A DNA stretch of 64,000 bases from Eledone cirrhosa. Taxonomy: Eukaryota. The notes beneath the pieces were generated by a model. That model did no database searches. It was not told where the DNA came from and worked only from the letters and a program-made list of their open reading frames with translations. Positions 1 to 13,661 of this stretch are shown here, piece by piece; the first letter of the stretch is position 1; the number at the start of each line of letters is the position of its first letter. A program made the translations under genes and the position numbers. Where the stretch lies: contig OZ024766.1 of the NCBI GenBank assembly GCA_964016885.1, positions 11,036,001 to 11,100,000 of the forward strand, written 5' to 3'.

Positions 1-237
1 TCGACGGCTATTTCTGGACCAGAAATATCCGTCGAAACGACTTGAGCTCTGCCGTCGGGGTCATACTTTTTCCTATTTCCCACTCTACTACCCTAAGTAT
101 TGAGTACTCTGGTGCGTTATGGTCCACCTGGTTCCTTACCACAATTCCTTTGATATATATATATATATATATATATACATGCACATACATACATGCTCAA
201 AAATCTTATACATATCTATACATACATGTTCAAACAT

Positions 238-294
<57 letters not shown>

Positions 295-301
<7 letters not shown>

Positions 302-595
302 AAAAAAAGATGAAATCGAAAATGCAACTGGAGTCTTATTTTCAAAAAAAATATATATATTTATTTGGTTCCTTTACCGGTTTTGCAGTTCTTCTGCTTT
401 TCAAAAGCAGAGTTGAGATGGAGGGTCTGTGGTTTTTCTCACATCTGTGTGAGAAAAACCACAGACCCTCCATCTCAATTCTACTTTTGAAAAGCAGAAG
501 AACTGCAAAACCGGTAAAGGAACCAAATAAATATATATATTTTAAAAAAAAAAAGACTCCAGTTGCATTTTCGATTTCATCTTTTTTTCTTTATA
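295..595. repeat. ~300-bp foldback palindrome between (TA)n tracts
   Basis: Arms are near-perfect reverse complements centred near 445, followed by a ~55-nt unique tail. Confidence 0.85.
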
Positions 596-654
596 CTTTC
601 ACTCGTGTGGGACACCTCGGTTATTTTTCATTTTGTAAAAGAACCTCACTTTAT

Positions 655-746
<92 letters not shown>

Positions 747-1144
747 AATGTATTCTATTTTCTCCTAGTTTATTTTAAACCTAATTCTGTTTAGTTGACT
801 GTATCTGGGCGATTACGGTGTCGAAATATTCAATAATTATTCCACTACAGCCGACGCGAAGGGCTAGTTTTGGTTATTTGTCGGAGATTCCTTCATAGAA
901 GCCTCATTCTTATAGCCGGGTCTATTCGATTTTTTATATAGTTAATTATGCTAATTGGGAGAGGAAATGGTATATATTTTATCTTGTGATTCTATAGACA
1001 TGTTTTATGATATATAGCTCTGATTGTTTAATTTATTAATTTTTCATTGAGCCACAAAGTGACCTGTTGCAAAACACGTATATGTATGTGTATGTATATA
1101 TATATATGTAAACTTTTATATATATATATATATATATATATAAT

Positions 1145-1540
1145 AAAAAATTGAACAGGGACAGAACAGAGAGGCAGTACGACAAATGTTTATTAGCTTC
1201 ACGCTCAGGAGAGTGGGGGGTAGGTGGAGGACGACGTTTCGGGCATAAGCCCTTCTTCGGGTAAGAGTTCAAAAGGTGTGTAGGGGAGTGGTGGAGAGAC
1301 ATATAGCGAAAGGTAACGGTGAGAATGAAAAATTAACAAATAAAGACAAAATTATAATAAATAATAAATAAAAATAAAGCATGATCAAAATACAAGGAAT
1401 GAGAACATTTAAAAATAAAGGCATGATCAAAATAAACTGAAATTAAAAGGGGGGTAAACAGGTGGTGGAAGGGTGTGGGGTGAGTAGAGGTGGAGGCGGG
1501 TGGAGTGGGGAGAGGGAGACGGGGTGTCCGAGCGGGGAGG
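1145..1540 (-). mobile_element. Probable Penelope-like 3' end with minimal hammerhead-like motif (1231-1262)
   Basis: Minus strand CCGAAGAAGGGCTTATGCCCGAAACGTCG resembles minimal Penelope HHRs, but with U4>C and almost no helix I; AATAAA downstream; (TA)n flanks. Confidence 0.5.
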
Positions 1541-1541
1541 G

Positions 1542-1594
<53 letters not shown>

Positions 1595-1620
1595 TTAGAT
1601 ATGTATATACACATGCTCGA

Positions 1621-1651
<31 letters not shown>

Positions 1652-1730
1652 CAGGATATTCCCCAAAAATGTATGCACACTTTGGTTATATTTATTTTGA
1701 AGTGGGTATACATATTTTGGGGACACCCTG
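1652..1730. mobile_element. Tiny mariner-type MITE (TIRs only)
   Basis: CAGGATATTCCCCAAAAATGTATGCACACTT vs AAGTGGGTATACATATTTTGGGGACACCCTG imperfect inverted repeats flanked by TA. Confidence 0.6.
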
Positions 1731-1769
1731 TATATATATATTTATACCATGCTCAGAACTAGGTGATCT

Positions 1770-4700
1770 CATATTGAGAAGGGTCTGGCTAGTTGGCCAC
1801 ACCGTTCCTTGGTCGAAGCAGACCCAAATTTTGGGAGCTTTGTAGTCTCATTTTGAAGAGGGTTTAACCAGTTGGTTGCTCCCGTCCTTGCTCTATCTGA
1901 ACTGTATTTTGGGAGCTGGGTGGTTCCACTATGAAAGATGTCTGGCCGCAGGCCACACCACACCTTGGTCATATCAAAACCATATTTTGGGAACATTGTA
2001 GTCCCACTATGAGGGGGGTCTGGTCAGTTGGACATCACCGTACCTGGGTCAAAGCAGAGCCATATTTTGTGAGCAGAGTAGCCCCCTTTTGAGGAGGGTC
2101 TGACCCGTTGGCTGATCCTGACCTCTCATATTTGATCCTGACCTCTCATATTTGATCCCGACCTCTCATATTTGATCCTGACCTCTCATATTTGATCCCG
2201 ACCTCTCATATTTGATCCCGACCTCTCATATTTGATCCTGACCTCTCATATTTGATCCTGACCTCTCATATTTGATCCCGACCTCTCATATTTGATCCTG
2301 ACCTCTCATATTTGATCCCGACCTCTCATATTTGATCCTGACCTCTCATATTTGATCCTGACCTCTCATATTTGATCCTGACCTCTCATATTTGATCCCG
2401 ACCTCTCATATTTGATCCCGACCTCTCATATTTGATCCTGACCTCTCATATTTGATCCCGACCTCTCATATTTGATCCTGACCTCTCATATTTGATCCCG
2501 ACCTCTCATATTTGATCCTGACCTCTCATATTTGATCCCGACCTCTCATATTTGATCCTGACCTCTCATATTTGATCCCGACCTCTCATATTTGATCCTG
2601 ACCTCTCATATTTGATCCTGACCTCTCATATTTGATCCCGACCTCTCATATTTGATCCTGACCTCTCATATTTGATCCCGACCTCTCATATTTGATCCTG
2701 ACCTCTCATATTTGATCCTGACCTCTCATATTTGATCCTGACCTCTCATATTTGATCCTGACCTCTCATATTTGATCCCGACCTCTCATATTTGATCCTG
2801 ACCTCTCATATTTGAACTATATTTTTGGAGGTGGGTGGTTCCACTATGAGGAGGGTCTGGTCAGTTGGACACACCGTACCTTGGTCAAAGCAGACCCATA
2901 TTTTGAGAGCAGAGTAGTCCTCTTTTGAGGATGGTCTGACCCGTTGGCTGATCCTGACCTCTCATATTTGATCCTGCTCATATTTAAAACCCTATTTTAG
3001 GAGGTGGGTGGGTGGTTCCACTATGAGGAGGGTCTGGTCAGTTGGACACACCATACCTTGGTCAAAGCAGAACCATATTTTGGGAGGTGGGTGGTCCCAC
3101 TATGAGAAGGGTCTGGTCAGTTGGCTAATCCTGACCTCTCATATTTGATCCTGCTCATATTTAAAACCATATTTTAGGAGGTGGGTGGGTGGTTCCATTA
3201 TGAGGAGGGTCTGGTTAGTTGGACACACCATACCTTGGTCAAAGCAGAACCATATTTTGGGAGGTGGGTGGTCCCACTATGAGAAGGGTCTGGTCAGTTG
3301 GCTTCTCTAGACCTTGCTCATATCTGAACTGTATCTTGGGAACTGGGTTGTCCAGCTATAAGAGACATCTGGCTAGTTAGCCACAGCAGACCTTGGTCAA
3401 AGCAGAACCATATTTTGGGAACTGAGAGGTCCAGTTATGAAAGATGCCTGGCCCCTTGACCATGCCATACCTTGCTCATATTTGAACAGAATTTTGGGAA
3501 CTTTGCAGTCCCACTATGAGGAGGGTCTGGTCAGTTGGACACACCATACCTTGCTCAAAGCAGAACCATATTTTGGGAACTGGGTAGTCCGACTATGAGG
3601 AGGGTCCGGCCAGTTGACCATGCCATAACTTGGTCATAGCAGACCCATATTTTGGGAGCTGGGTGAACCCATTATGAGAAGGGTTGGGGTAGTTGGCTGC
3701 ACCATACCTTGTTTATATTTGATCCACATTTTGGAAGCTGGGTAGACCCACTATGAGGAGTGTCTGGTCAGTTGGACACGCCATACCTTGGTCAAAGCGG
3801 ACCCATATTTTGGAAGCTAGGTGGTCCGGTTATGGCAGAAGTCTGGCTAGTTGACCACACCACTGCACCTTGGTCATAGGGGGACTGTATTTTGGGAGCT
3901 GGGTGGTCCAGTTATGGCAGAAGTCTGGCTAGTTGACCACACTGCACCTTGGTCATAGGGGGACTGTATTTTGGAAGCTAGGTGGTCCAGTTATGGCAGA
4001 AGTCTGGCTAGTTGACCACACTGCACCTTGGTCATAGGGGGACTGTATTTTGGGAGCTGGGTGGTCCAGTTATGGCAGAAGTCTGGCTAGTTGACCACAC
4101 TGCACCTTGGTCATAGGGGGACTGTATTTTGGGAGCTGGGTGGTCCAGTTATGGCAGAAGTCTGGCTAGTTGACCACACTGCACCTTGGTCATAGGGGGA
4201 CTGTATTTTGGGAGCTGGGTGGTCCAGTTATTTCAGAAGTCTGGCTAGTTGACCACACTGCACCTTGGTCATAGGGGGACTGTATTTTGGGAGTTGGGTG
4301 GTCCAGTTATGGCAGAAGTCTGGCTAGTTGACCACACTGCACCTTGGTCATAGGGGGACTGTATTTTGGGAGCTGGGTGGTCCAGTTATGGCAGAAGTCT
4401 GGCTAGTTGACCACACTGCACCTTGGTCATAGGGGGACTGTATTTTGTGAGCTGGGTGGTCCAGTTATGGCAGAAGTCTGGCTAGTTGACCACACTGCAC
4501 CTTGGTCATAGGGGGACTGTATTTTGGGAGTTGGGTGGTCCAGTTATGGCAGAAGTCTGGCTAGTTGACCACACTGCACCTTGGTCATAGGGGGACTGTA
4601 TTTTGGGAGCTGGGTGGTCCAGTTATGGCAGAAGTCTGGCTAGTTGACCACACTGCACCTTGGTCATAGGGGGACTGTATTTTGGGAGTTGGGTGGTCCA

Positions 4701-7700
4701 GTTATGGCAGAAGTCTGGCTAGTTGACCACACTGCACCTTGGTCATAGGGGGACTGTATTTTGGGAGCTGGGTGGTCCAGTTATGGCAGAAGTCTGGCTA
4801 GTTGACCACACTGCACCTTGGTCATAGGGGGACTGTATTTTGGGAGTTGGGTGGTCCAGTTATGGCAGAAGTCTGGCTAGTTGACCACACTGCACCTTGG
4901 TCATAGGGGGACTGTATTTTGGGAGCTAGGTGGTCCAGTTATGGCAGAAGTCTGGCTAGTTGACCACACTGCACCTTGGTCATAGGGGGACTAGGTGGTC
5001 CAGTTATGGCAGAAGTCTGGCTAGTTGACCACACTGCACCTTGGTCATAGGGAGACTGTATTTTGGGAGTTGGGTGGTCCAGTTATGGCAGAAGTCTGGC
5101 TAGTTGACCACACTGCACCTTGGTCATAGGGGGACTGTATTTTGGGAGCTAGGTGGTCCAGTTATGGCAGAAGTCTGGCTAGTTGACCACACTGCACCTT
5201 GGTCATAGGGGGACTGTATTTTGGGAGCTAGGTGGTCCAGTTATGGCAGAAGTCTGGCTAGTTGACCACACTGCACCTTGGTCATAGGGGGACTGTATTT
5301 TGGGAGTTGGGTGGTCCAGTTATGGCAGAAGTCTGGCTAGTTGACCACACTGCTGCACCTTGGTCATAGGGGGACTGTATTTTGGGAGCTGGGTGGTCCA
5401 GTTATGGCAGAAGTCTGGCTAGTTGACACACTGCACCTTGGTCATAGGGGGACTGTATTTTGGGAGTTGGGTGGTCCAGTTATGGCAGAAGTCTGGCTAG
5501 TTGACCACACTGCACCTTGGTCATAGGGGGACTGTATTTTGGGAGCTAGGTGGTCCAGTTATGGCAGAAGTCTGGCTAGTTGACCACACTGCACCTTGGT
5601 CATAGGGGGACTGTATTTTGGGAGTTGGGTGGTCCAGTTATGGCAGAAGTCTGGCTAGTTGACCACACTGCACCTTGGTCATAGGGGGACTGTATTTTGG
5701 GAGCTGGGTGGTCCAGTTATGGCAGAAGTCTGGCTAGTTGACACACTGCACCTTGGTCATAGGGGGACTGTATTTTGGGAGTTGGGTGGTCCAGTTATGG
5801 CAGAAGTCTGGCTAGTTGACCACACTGCACCTTGGTCATAGGGGGACTGTATTTTGGGAGCTAGGTGGTCCAGTTATGGCAGAAGTCTGGCTAGTTGACC
5901 ACACTGCACCTTGGTCATAGGGGGACTGTATTTTGGGAGCTGGGTGGTCCAGTTATGGCAGAAGCCTGGCTAGTTGACCACACTGCACCTTGGTCATAGG
6001 GGGACTGTATTTTGGGAGCTGGGTGGTCCAGTTATGGCAGAAGTCTGGCTAGTTGACCACACTGCACCTTGGTCATAGGGGGACTGTATTTTGGGAGCTG
6101 GGTGGTCCAGTTATGGCAGAAGTCTGGCTAGTTGACCACACTGCACCTTGGTCATAGGGGGACTGTATTTTGGGAGCTGGGTGGTCCAGTTATGGCAGAA
6201 GTCTGGCTAGTTGACCACACTGCACCTTGGTCATAGGGGGACTGTATTTTGGGAGCTGGGTGGTCCAGTTATGGCAGAAGTCTGGCTAGTTGACCACACT
6301 GCACCTTGGTCATAGGGGGACTGTATTTTGGGAGCTGGGTGGTCCAGTTATGGCAGAAGTCTGGCTAGTTGACCACACTGCACCTTGGTCATAGGGGGAC
6401 TGTATTTTGGGAGCTGGGTGGTCCAGTTATGGCAGAAGTCTGGCTAGTTGACCACACTGCACCTTGGTCATAGGGGGACTGTATTTTGGGAGTTGGGTGG
6501 TCCAGTTATGGCAGAAGTCTGGCTAGTTGACCACACTGCACCTTGGTCATAGGGGGACTGTATTTTGGGAGTTGGGTGGTCCAGTTATGGCAGAAGTCTG
6601 GCTAGTTGACCACACTGCACCTTGGTCATAGGGGGACTGTATTTTGGGAGTTGGGTGGTCCAGTTATGGCAGAAGTCTGGCTAGTTGACCACACTGCACC
6701 TTGGTCATAGGGAGACTGTATTTTGGGAGTTGGGTGGTCCAGTTATGGCAGAAGTCTGGCTAGTTGACCACACTGCACCTTGGTCATAGGGGGACTGTAT
6801 TTTGGGAGTTGGGTGGTCCAGTTATGGCAGAAGTCTGGCTAGTTGACCACACTGCACCTTGGTCATAGGGGGACTGTATTTTGGGAGTTGGGTGGTCCAG
6901 TTATGGCAGAAGTCTGGCTAGTTGACCACACTGCACCTTGGTCATAGGGAGACTGTATTTTGGGAGTTGGGTGGTCCAGTTATGGCAGAAGTCTGGCTAG
7001 TTGACCACACTGCACCTTGGTCATAGGGGGACTGTATTTTGGGAGTTGGGTGGTCCAGTTATGGCAGAAGTCTGGCTAGTTGACCACACTGCACCTTGGT
7101 CATAGGGGGACTGTATTTTGGGAGTTGGGTGGTCCAGTTATGGCAGAAGTCTGGCTAGTTGACCACACTGCACCTTGGTCATAGGGAGACTGTATTTTGG
7201 GAGTTGGGTGGTCCAGTTATGGCAGAAGTCTGGCTAGTTGACCACACTGCACCTTGGTCATAGGGAGACTGTATTTTGGGAGTTGGGTGGTCCAGTTATG
7301 GCAGAAGTCTGGCTAGTTGACCACACTGCACCTTGGTCATAGGGGGACTGTATTTTGGGAGTTGGGTGGTCCAGTTATGGCAGAAGTCTGGCTAGTTGAC
7401 CACACTGCACCTTGGTCATAGGGGGACTGTATTTTGGGAGTTGGGTGGTCCAGTTATGGCAGAAGTCTGGCTAGTTGACCACACTGCACCTTGGTCATAG
7501 GGGGACTGTATTTTGGGAGTTGGGTGGTCCAGTTATGGCAGAAGTCTGGCTAGTTGACCACACTGCACCTTGGTCATAGGGGGACTGTATTTTGGGAGTT
7601 GGGTGGTCCAGTTATGGCAGAAGTCTGGCTAGTTGACCACACTGCACCTTGGTCATAGGGGGACTGTATTTTGGGAGCTGGGTGGTCCAGTTATGGCAGA

Positions 7701-9250
7701 AGTCTGGCTAGTTGACCACACTGCACCTTGGTCATAGGGGGACTGTATTTTGGGAGTTGGGTGGTCCAGTTATGGCAGAAGTCTGGCTAGTTGACCACAC
7801 TGCACCTTGGTCATAGGGGGACTGTATTTTGGAAGCTAGGTGGTCCAGTTATGGCAGAAGTCTGGCTAGTTGACCACACTGCACCTTGGTCATAGGGGGA
7901 CTGTATTTTGGGAGCTGGGTGGTCCAGTTATGGCAGAAGTCTGGCTAGTTGACCACACTGCACCTTGGTCATAGGGGGACTGTATTTTGGGAGTTGGGTG
8001 GTCCAGTTATGGCAGAAGTCTGGCTAGTTGACCACACTGCACCTTGGTCATAGGGGGACTGTATTTTGGGAGTTGGGTGGTCCAGTTATTGCAGAAGTCA
8101 GGCTAGTTGACCACACTGCACCTTGGTCATAGGGGGACTGTATTTTGGGAGCTGGGTGGTCCAGTTATGGCAGAAGTCTGGCTAGTTGACCACACTGCAC
8201 CTTGGTCATAGGGGGACTGTATTTTGGGAGCTAGGTGGTCCAGTTATGGCAGAAGTCTGGCTAGTTGACCACACTGCACCTTGGTCATAGGGGGACTGTA
8301 TTTTGGGAGCTGGGTGGTCCAGTTATGGCAGAAGTCTGGCTAGTTGACCACACTGCACCTTGGTCATAGGGGGACTGTATTTTGGGAGTTGGGTGGTCCA
8401 GTTATGGCAGAAGTCTGGCTAGTTGACCACACTGCACCTTGGTCATAGGGGGACTGTATTTTGGGAGTTGGGTGGTCCAGTTATTGCAGAAGTCTGGCTA
8501 GTTGACCACACTGCACCTTGGTCATAGGGGGACTGTATTTTGGGAGCTGGGTGGTCCAGTTATGGCAGAAGTCTGGCTAGTTGACCACACTGCACCTTGG
8601 TCATAGGGGGACTGTATTTTGGGAGCTGGGTGGTCCAGTTATGGCAGAAGTCTGGCTAGTTGACCACACTGCACCTTGGTCATAGGGGGACTGTATTTTG
8701 GGAGCTGGGTGGTCCAGTTTTGGCAGAAGTCTGGCTAGTTGACCACACTGCACCTTGGTCATAGGGGGACTGTATTTTGGGAGTTGGGTGGTCCAGTTAT
8801 GGCAGAAGTCTGGCTAGTTGACCACACTGCACCTTGGTCATAGGGGGACTGTATTTTGGAAGCTAGGTGGTCCAGTTATGGCAGAAGTCTGGCTAGTTGA
8901 CCACACTGCACCTTGGTCATAGGGGGACTGTATTTTGGGAGCTGGGTGGTCCAGTTATGGCAGAAGTCTGGCTAGTTGACCACACTGCACCTTGGTCATA
9001 GGGGGACTGTATTTTGGGAGCTGGGTGGTCCAGTTATGGCAGAAGTCTGGCTAGTTGACCACACTGCACCTTGGTCATAGGGGGACTGTATTTTGGGAGC
9101 TGGGTGGTCCAGTTTTGGCAGAAGTCTGGCTAGTTGACCACTCTGCACCTTGGTCATAGGGGGACTGTATTTTGGGAGCTAGGTGGTCCAGTTATGGCAG
9201 AAGTCTGGCTAGTTGACCACACTGCACCTTGGTCATAGGGGGACTGTATT
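1770..9250. repeat. 78/79-bp satellite: diverged units 1770-3820, homogeneous 79-bp array ~3820-9250 (~69 units)
   Basis: Unit ggtggtccagttatggcagaagtctggctagttgaccacactgcaccttggtcatagggggactgtattttgggagctg. Confidence 0.95.
2113..2815. repeat. 20-bp minisatellite (~35 copies) nested in the 78-bp satellite
   Basis: tgatcc(t/c)gacctctcatatt repeated. Confidence 0.95.
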
Positions 9251-9272
9251 TATAAAAGAAAAATGTACTTAC

Positions 9273-9332
9273 CTCAGCTATGTCTAGCAGATGGTTGGTG
9301 AAGACAAATGCCATGGCTTCCCATCCCACAGA
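9273..9332 (-). CDS. IFT172: IFT172 exon (last found in window): SVGWEAMAFVFTNHLLDIAE
   Basis: ttgCAG acceptor, GTAAGT donor, 60 nt phase 0/0. Matches '[20 protein letters not shown]'. The remaining 3' exons were not found and are presumably left of the window. Confidence 0.88.
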
Positions 9333-9574
9333 CTGCAAAACAAAAGATATATCATCACCATCACCATCATCATAGTTATCATCACCATCATCATCATCAT
9401 CATCACCATCACCATCATCACCACCACCATCACCAACATCATCATCATCATAGTTATCATCATCATCATCATCACCTTTTTGATTACCAACTGTAAGGAG
9501 TACTCAATACCTTCCCTCGTCTGTCATGGCTTACTAGCTCGATACGGACGTTTAAATTGATTAAATAAATTAAT

Positions 9575-10259
9575 AAAGTGTTTATATTTATCTAAAAACC
9601 TTCCAGCATAGTTCTATGTAAGAACCTTTGTTAAGTTATGTTCCAAACACCCCTGGTTCTATGATACAAAACTGTTTTAAAGTGTTTATATTTACCTAAA
9701 AACCTTCCATCATAGTTCTATGGAAGAACCTTTGTTAAGTTATGTTCCAAACACCCCTGGTTCTATGATACAAAACTGTTTTAAAGTGTTTATATTTATC
9801 TAAAAACCTTCCATCATAGTTCTATGTAAGAACCTTTGTTAAGTTATGTTCCAAACACCCCTGGTTCTATGACACAAAACCATTTGTTTTAAAGTGTTTA
9901 TATTTATCTAAAAACCTTCCAGCATAGTTCTATGTAAGAACCTTTGTTAAGTTATGTTCCAAACACCCCTGGTTCTATGATACAAAACTGTTTTAAAGTG
10001 TTTATATTTATCTAAAAACCATCCATCATAGTTCTATGTAAGAACCTTTGTTAAGTTATGTTCCAAACACCATTTTAAAGTGTTTATATCTAAGTAAAAA
10101 ACCTTCGATAAAAATTTTATGTAAAAACCTTTGTTAAGTTATGTTCCAAACAGCAATTAGTAAGGAGAAAGTCGGCTACATCACTAAATCTCTATAAAAG
10201 CATTTGAAAACCGGAGGGGACAGTGTCTTTAATTAGGGATTTGCTAACGAAAGGGTTAA
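9575..10259. repeat. 104-bp tandem repeat ending in a possible piggyBac-like terminus (GGG-TTAA)
   Basis: aaagtgtttatatttatctaaaaacc...gttaagttatgttccaaacac units; ends aacgaaagggTTAA. Confidence 0.7.
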
Positions 10260-10279
10260 ATTAATTACAACCCCACTGC

Positions 10280-11619
10280 ACCGTCACCACCACCACCACC
10301 ACCAACAACAACAGCAGCAGCAGCAGCAACAACAACAACACCACCACCAACAACAACACCACCACCACCACCAACAACAACAATACCACCACCACCACCA
10401 CCAACAACAACAATACCACCACCACCACCACCAACAACACCAACAACAATACCACCAACAACAACACCAACAACAACAACAACAACAACACCACCAACAA
10501 CACCAACAACAACAACAACAACACCACCACCACAACAACAACAACGCCACCACCACCAACAATACCACCACCACCAACAACAACAACAATACCACCACCA
10601 CCACCACCAACAACACCAACAACAATACCACCAACAACAACACCAACAACAACAACAACAACAACACCACCAACAACACCAACAACAACAACAACAACAC
10701 CACCACCACAACAACAACAACGCCACCACCACCAACAATACCACCACCACCACCACCAACACCACCAACATCAACACCAGTTACTATATCTGACGGTGGC
10801 AAGCAGCGTTTCTATGGCAACGTTTACATCATGTGAAGGGGTGGGGGTGAGAAGGGGTGGGGGTGAGAAGGGTGGGAGGTGAGAAGGGGTGGGGTGATGG
10901 GAGAGGTGGGAGATGCAATTTAATGCATCACTGCACACATTTGCGGTTGTTAATTGCAGTCATTCACTGTACAGTGGTGGTGGTGGTGGTGGTAGTAGTG
11001 GTGGTGGTTGTAGTGGTAGTAGTAGTAGTGGTAGTAGTAGTAGTGTCGTGGTGGTGTTGTAGTAGTAGTGGTGGCAGTGGTGATAGTAGTGGTGGTGGTT
11101 GTAGTGGTAGTAGTAGTGTCGTGGTGGTGGTTGTAGTGGTAGTAGTAGTGGTAGTAGTAGTGTCGTGGTGGTGATGTAGTGGTGGTGGTGGTGGTAGTAG
11201 TAGTAGTAGTAGTGTCGTGGTGGTGGTGTAGTGGTGGTAGTAGTAGTAGTAGTAGTGTCGTGGTGGTTGTTGGTGGTGGTGTAGTGGTGGTGGTTGTAGT
11301 GGTAGTAGTAGTGGTAGTAGTAGTGTCATGGTGGTGGTTGTAGTGGTAGTAGTAGTGGTAGTAGTAGTGTCGTGGTGGTGGTGTAGTGGTGGTGGTGGTA
11401 GTAGTAGTAGTAGTAGTGTCGTGGTGGTAGTGTAGTGGTGGTGGTGGTAGTAGTAGTAGTGTCGTGGTGGTGGTGGTTGTTGGTGGTGTTGGTGTAGTGG
11501 TGGTGGTTGTAGTGGTAGTGGTAATAGTAGTAGTAGTGGTGGTGTTGTAGTAGTAGTAGTGGTGGCAGTGGTGATAGTAGTGGTGGTGGTCTGGTGGTAG
11601 TAGTAGTGGTGGTAGTGGT

Positions 11620-11654
<35 letters not shown>

Positions 11655-11846
11655 GGTGGTCGTGATAGTAGTGGTGTAGTAGTAGTAGTGGTGGTGGTTG
11701 TGGTGGTGTTGTAGTAGTAGTAGTAGTGGTGGTAGTAGTAGTAGTAGTGGTGGTGATAGTAGTGGTAGTGGTAGTGGTGGTGTTGTAGTAGTAGTGGTGG
11801 CAGTGGTGATAGTAGTGGTGGTGGTAGTAGTAGTGGTGGTAGTGGT

Positions 11847-11878
<32 letters not shown>

Positions 11879-11928
11879 GATAGTAGTTGTGTAGTAGTAG
11901 TAGTAGTAGTGGTGGTGATAGTAGTTGT

Positions 11929-11960
<32 letters not shown>

Positions 11961-11984
11961 TGTGGTGGTGGTGATAGTAGTGGT

Positions 11985-12019
<35 letters not shown>

Positions 12020-12285
12020 GTTTTAGTAGTAGTAGTAGTAGTGATGGTGGCAGTGGTGATAGTAGTGGTGGTGGTGTGGTGGTAGTAGTAGTAGTGGTGG
12101 TAGTGGTGTAATAGTAATAGTAGTGGTGGTGGTGGTGATAGTAGTGGTGTAGTAGTAGTTGTAGTAGTAGTAGTGGTGGTAGTGATGGTGTTGTAGTAGT
12201 AGTGGTTGTGGTGTGGTGGTAGTAGTAGTAGCGGTGGTAGTGGAGTAGTAGTAGTAGTAGTGGTGGTGGTGGTGATAGTAGTGGT

Positions 12286-12330
<45 letters not shown>

Positions 12331-12333
12331 TTT

Positions 12334-12367
<34 letters not shown>

Positions 12368-12529
12368 GGCAGTGGTGATAGTAGTGGTGGTGGTGTGGTG
12401 GTAGTAGTGGTAGTGGTGTAGTAGTAGTAGTAGTAGTGGTGGTGGTGGTGATAGTAGTGGTGTAGTAGTAGTAGTAGTAGTGGTGGTGGTGCTGGTTGTG
12501 GTGGTGTTGTAGTAGTAGTAGTAGTGGTG

Positions 12530-12561
<32 letters not shown>

Positions 12562-12773
12562 GATAGTAGTGGTGGTGGTGTGGTGGTAGTAGTGGTAGTG
12601 GTGGTGTTGTAGTAGTAGTGGTGGCAGTGGTGATAGTAGTGGTGGTGGTGTGGTGGTAGTAGTAGTAGTGGTGGTAGTGGTGTAGTAGTAGTGGTGGTGA
12701 TAGTAGTGGTGGTGGTGGTAGTGGTTGTGGTGGTGTTGTAGTAGTAGTAGTAGTGGTGGTAGTAGTAGTAGTA

Positions 12774-12848
<75 letters not shown>

Positions 12849-12859
12849 ATAGTAGTGGT

Positions 12860-12914
<55 letters not shown>

Positions 12915-12930
12915 TAGTAGTAGTAGTAGA
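10280..12930. repeat. Trinucleotide low-complexity tracts (CAA/CAC, GTA/GTG)
   Basis: Direct inspection. Confidence 0.9.
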
Positions 12931-13106
12931 TGGGATAACAAGATATCTTATTAGGTAATCCAGTTAGGGGTTGTGAGTACTCTGTGTTGTGGATAGTTTT
13001 AACGTACAGCGTTGTTTGACTCAACAAGATGTCTCCTTAGTTAGGTGGCGAGTTTACGAGAATTCCCATGTAGGAGACCCTTAGAGTAATAATAGAGAAA
13101 GAGTTA

Positions 13107-13219
13107 AGTGTTCTGATGATTTGATCAGAGGTAGACACTGTATTTAAGGTCGAGTGATGCAATTTCGAGTGATCAGCGGCCTTTAGACTCACCTGATCAA
13201 CGAAACAATTGTTACTACT
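13107..13219 (+). ncRNA. Type I hammerhead motif with long helix II insert
   Basis: CTGATGA, TTGATCAG/CTGATCAA stem, GAAA, palindromic CAATTG, GTT triplet; helix I imperfect. Confidence 0.6.
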
Positions 13220-13286
13220 GTAAATAAAACCCCTTTTGTACAGCCGACCATGGTATTTTTCACTCTTTCACTATATATATATATAT

Positions 13287-13401
13287 GTTTTAATATAGAT
13301 GAGATTCTACAGGACTAGAACTGTTTCATTCTTTAGAAATCATCAGGAATCATAAAGAATGAAACAGTTCTAGTCCTGTAGAATCTCATCTATATTAAAA
13401 C
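13287..13401. repeat. Foldback inverted repeat with unique tail to ~13468
   Basis: gttttaatatagatgagattc...ttcttta / taaagaa...ctatattaaaac. Confidence 0.85.
13303..13351 (-). ncRNA. Type I hammerhead motif in the left arm of a foldback
   Basis: Minus strand reads GATTC CTGATGA tTTC-taaa-GAAt GAAA CAG-ttctagtc-CTG TA GAATC. Confidence 0.65.
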
Positions 13402-13466
13402 TTTTATACTCTGCAATGTATTGAGTACCTTACTTACTGTGGTTACCTCCGATTCAACCCGGAATA

Positions 13467-13582
<116 letters not shown>

Positions 13583-13584
13583 AT

Positions 13585-13616
<32 letters not shown>

Positions 13617-13661
13617 AATATATATATAAATATAAATATATATATAAATATATATATATGT

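Noticed and set aside
1-152. Hairpin plus GAAAC at window start (related copy 29675-29825 minus) as a hammerhead
   Set aside because: It is a repeated element end, but no CUGAnGA core is visible in either copy, so it is not called.
3820-9250. 79-bp unit as tandem tRNA genes or coding repeat
   Set aside because: Only an A-box-like stretch; no B box or cloverleaf. 79 is not a multiple of 3, and the short ORFs arise from indel units.
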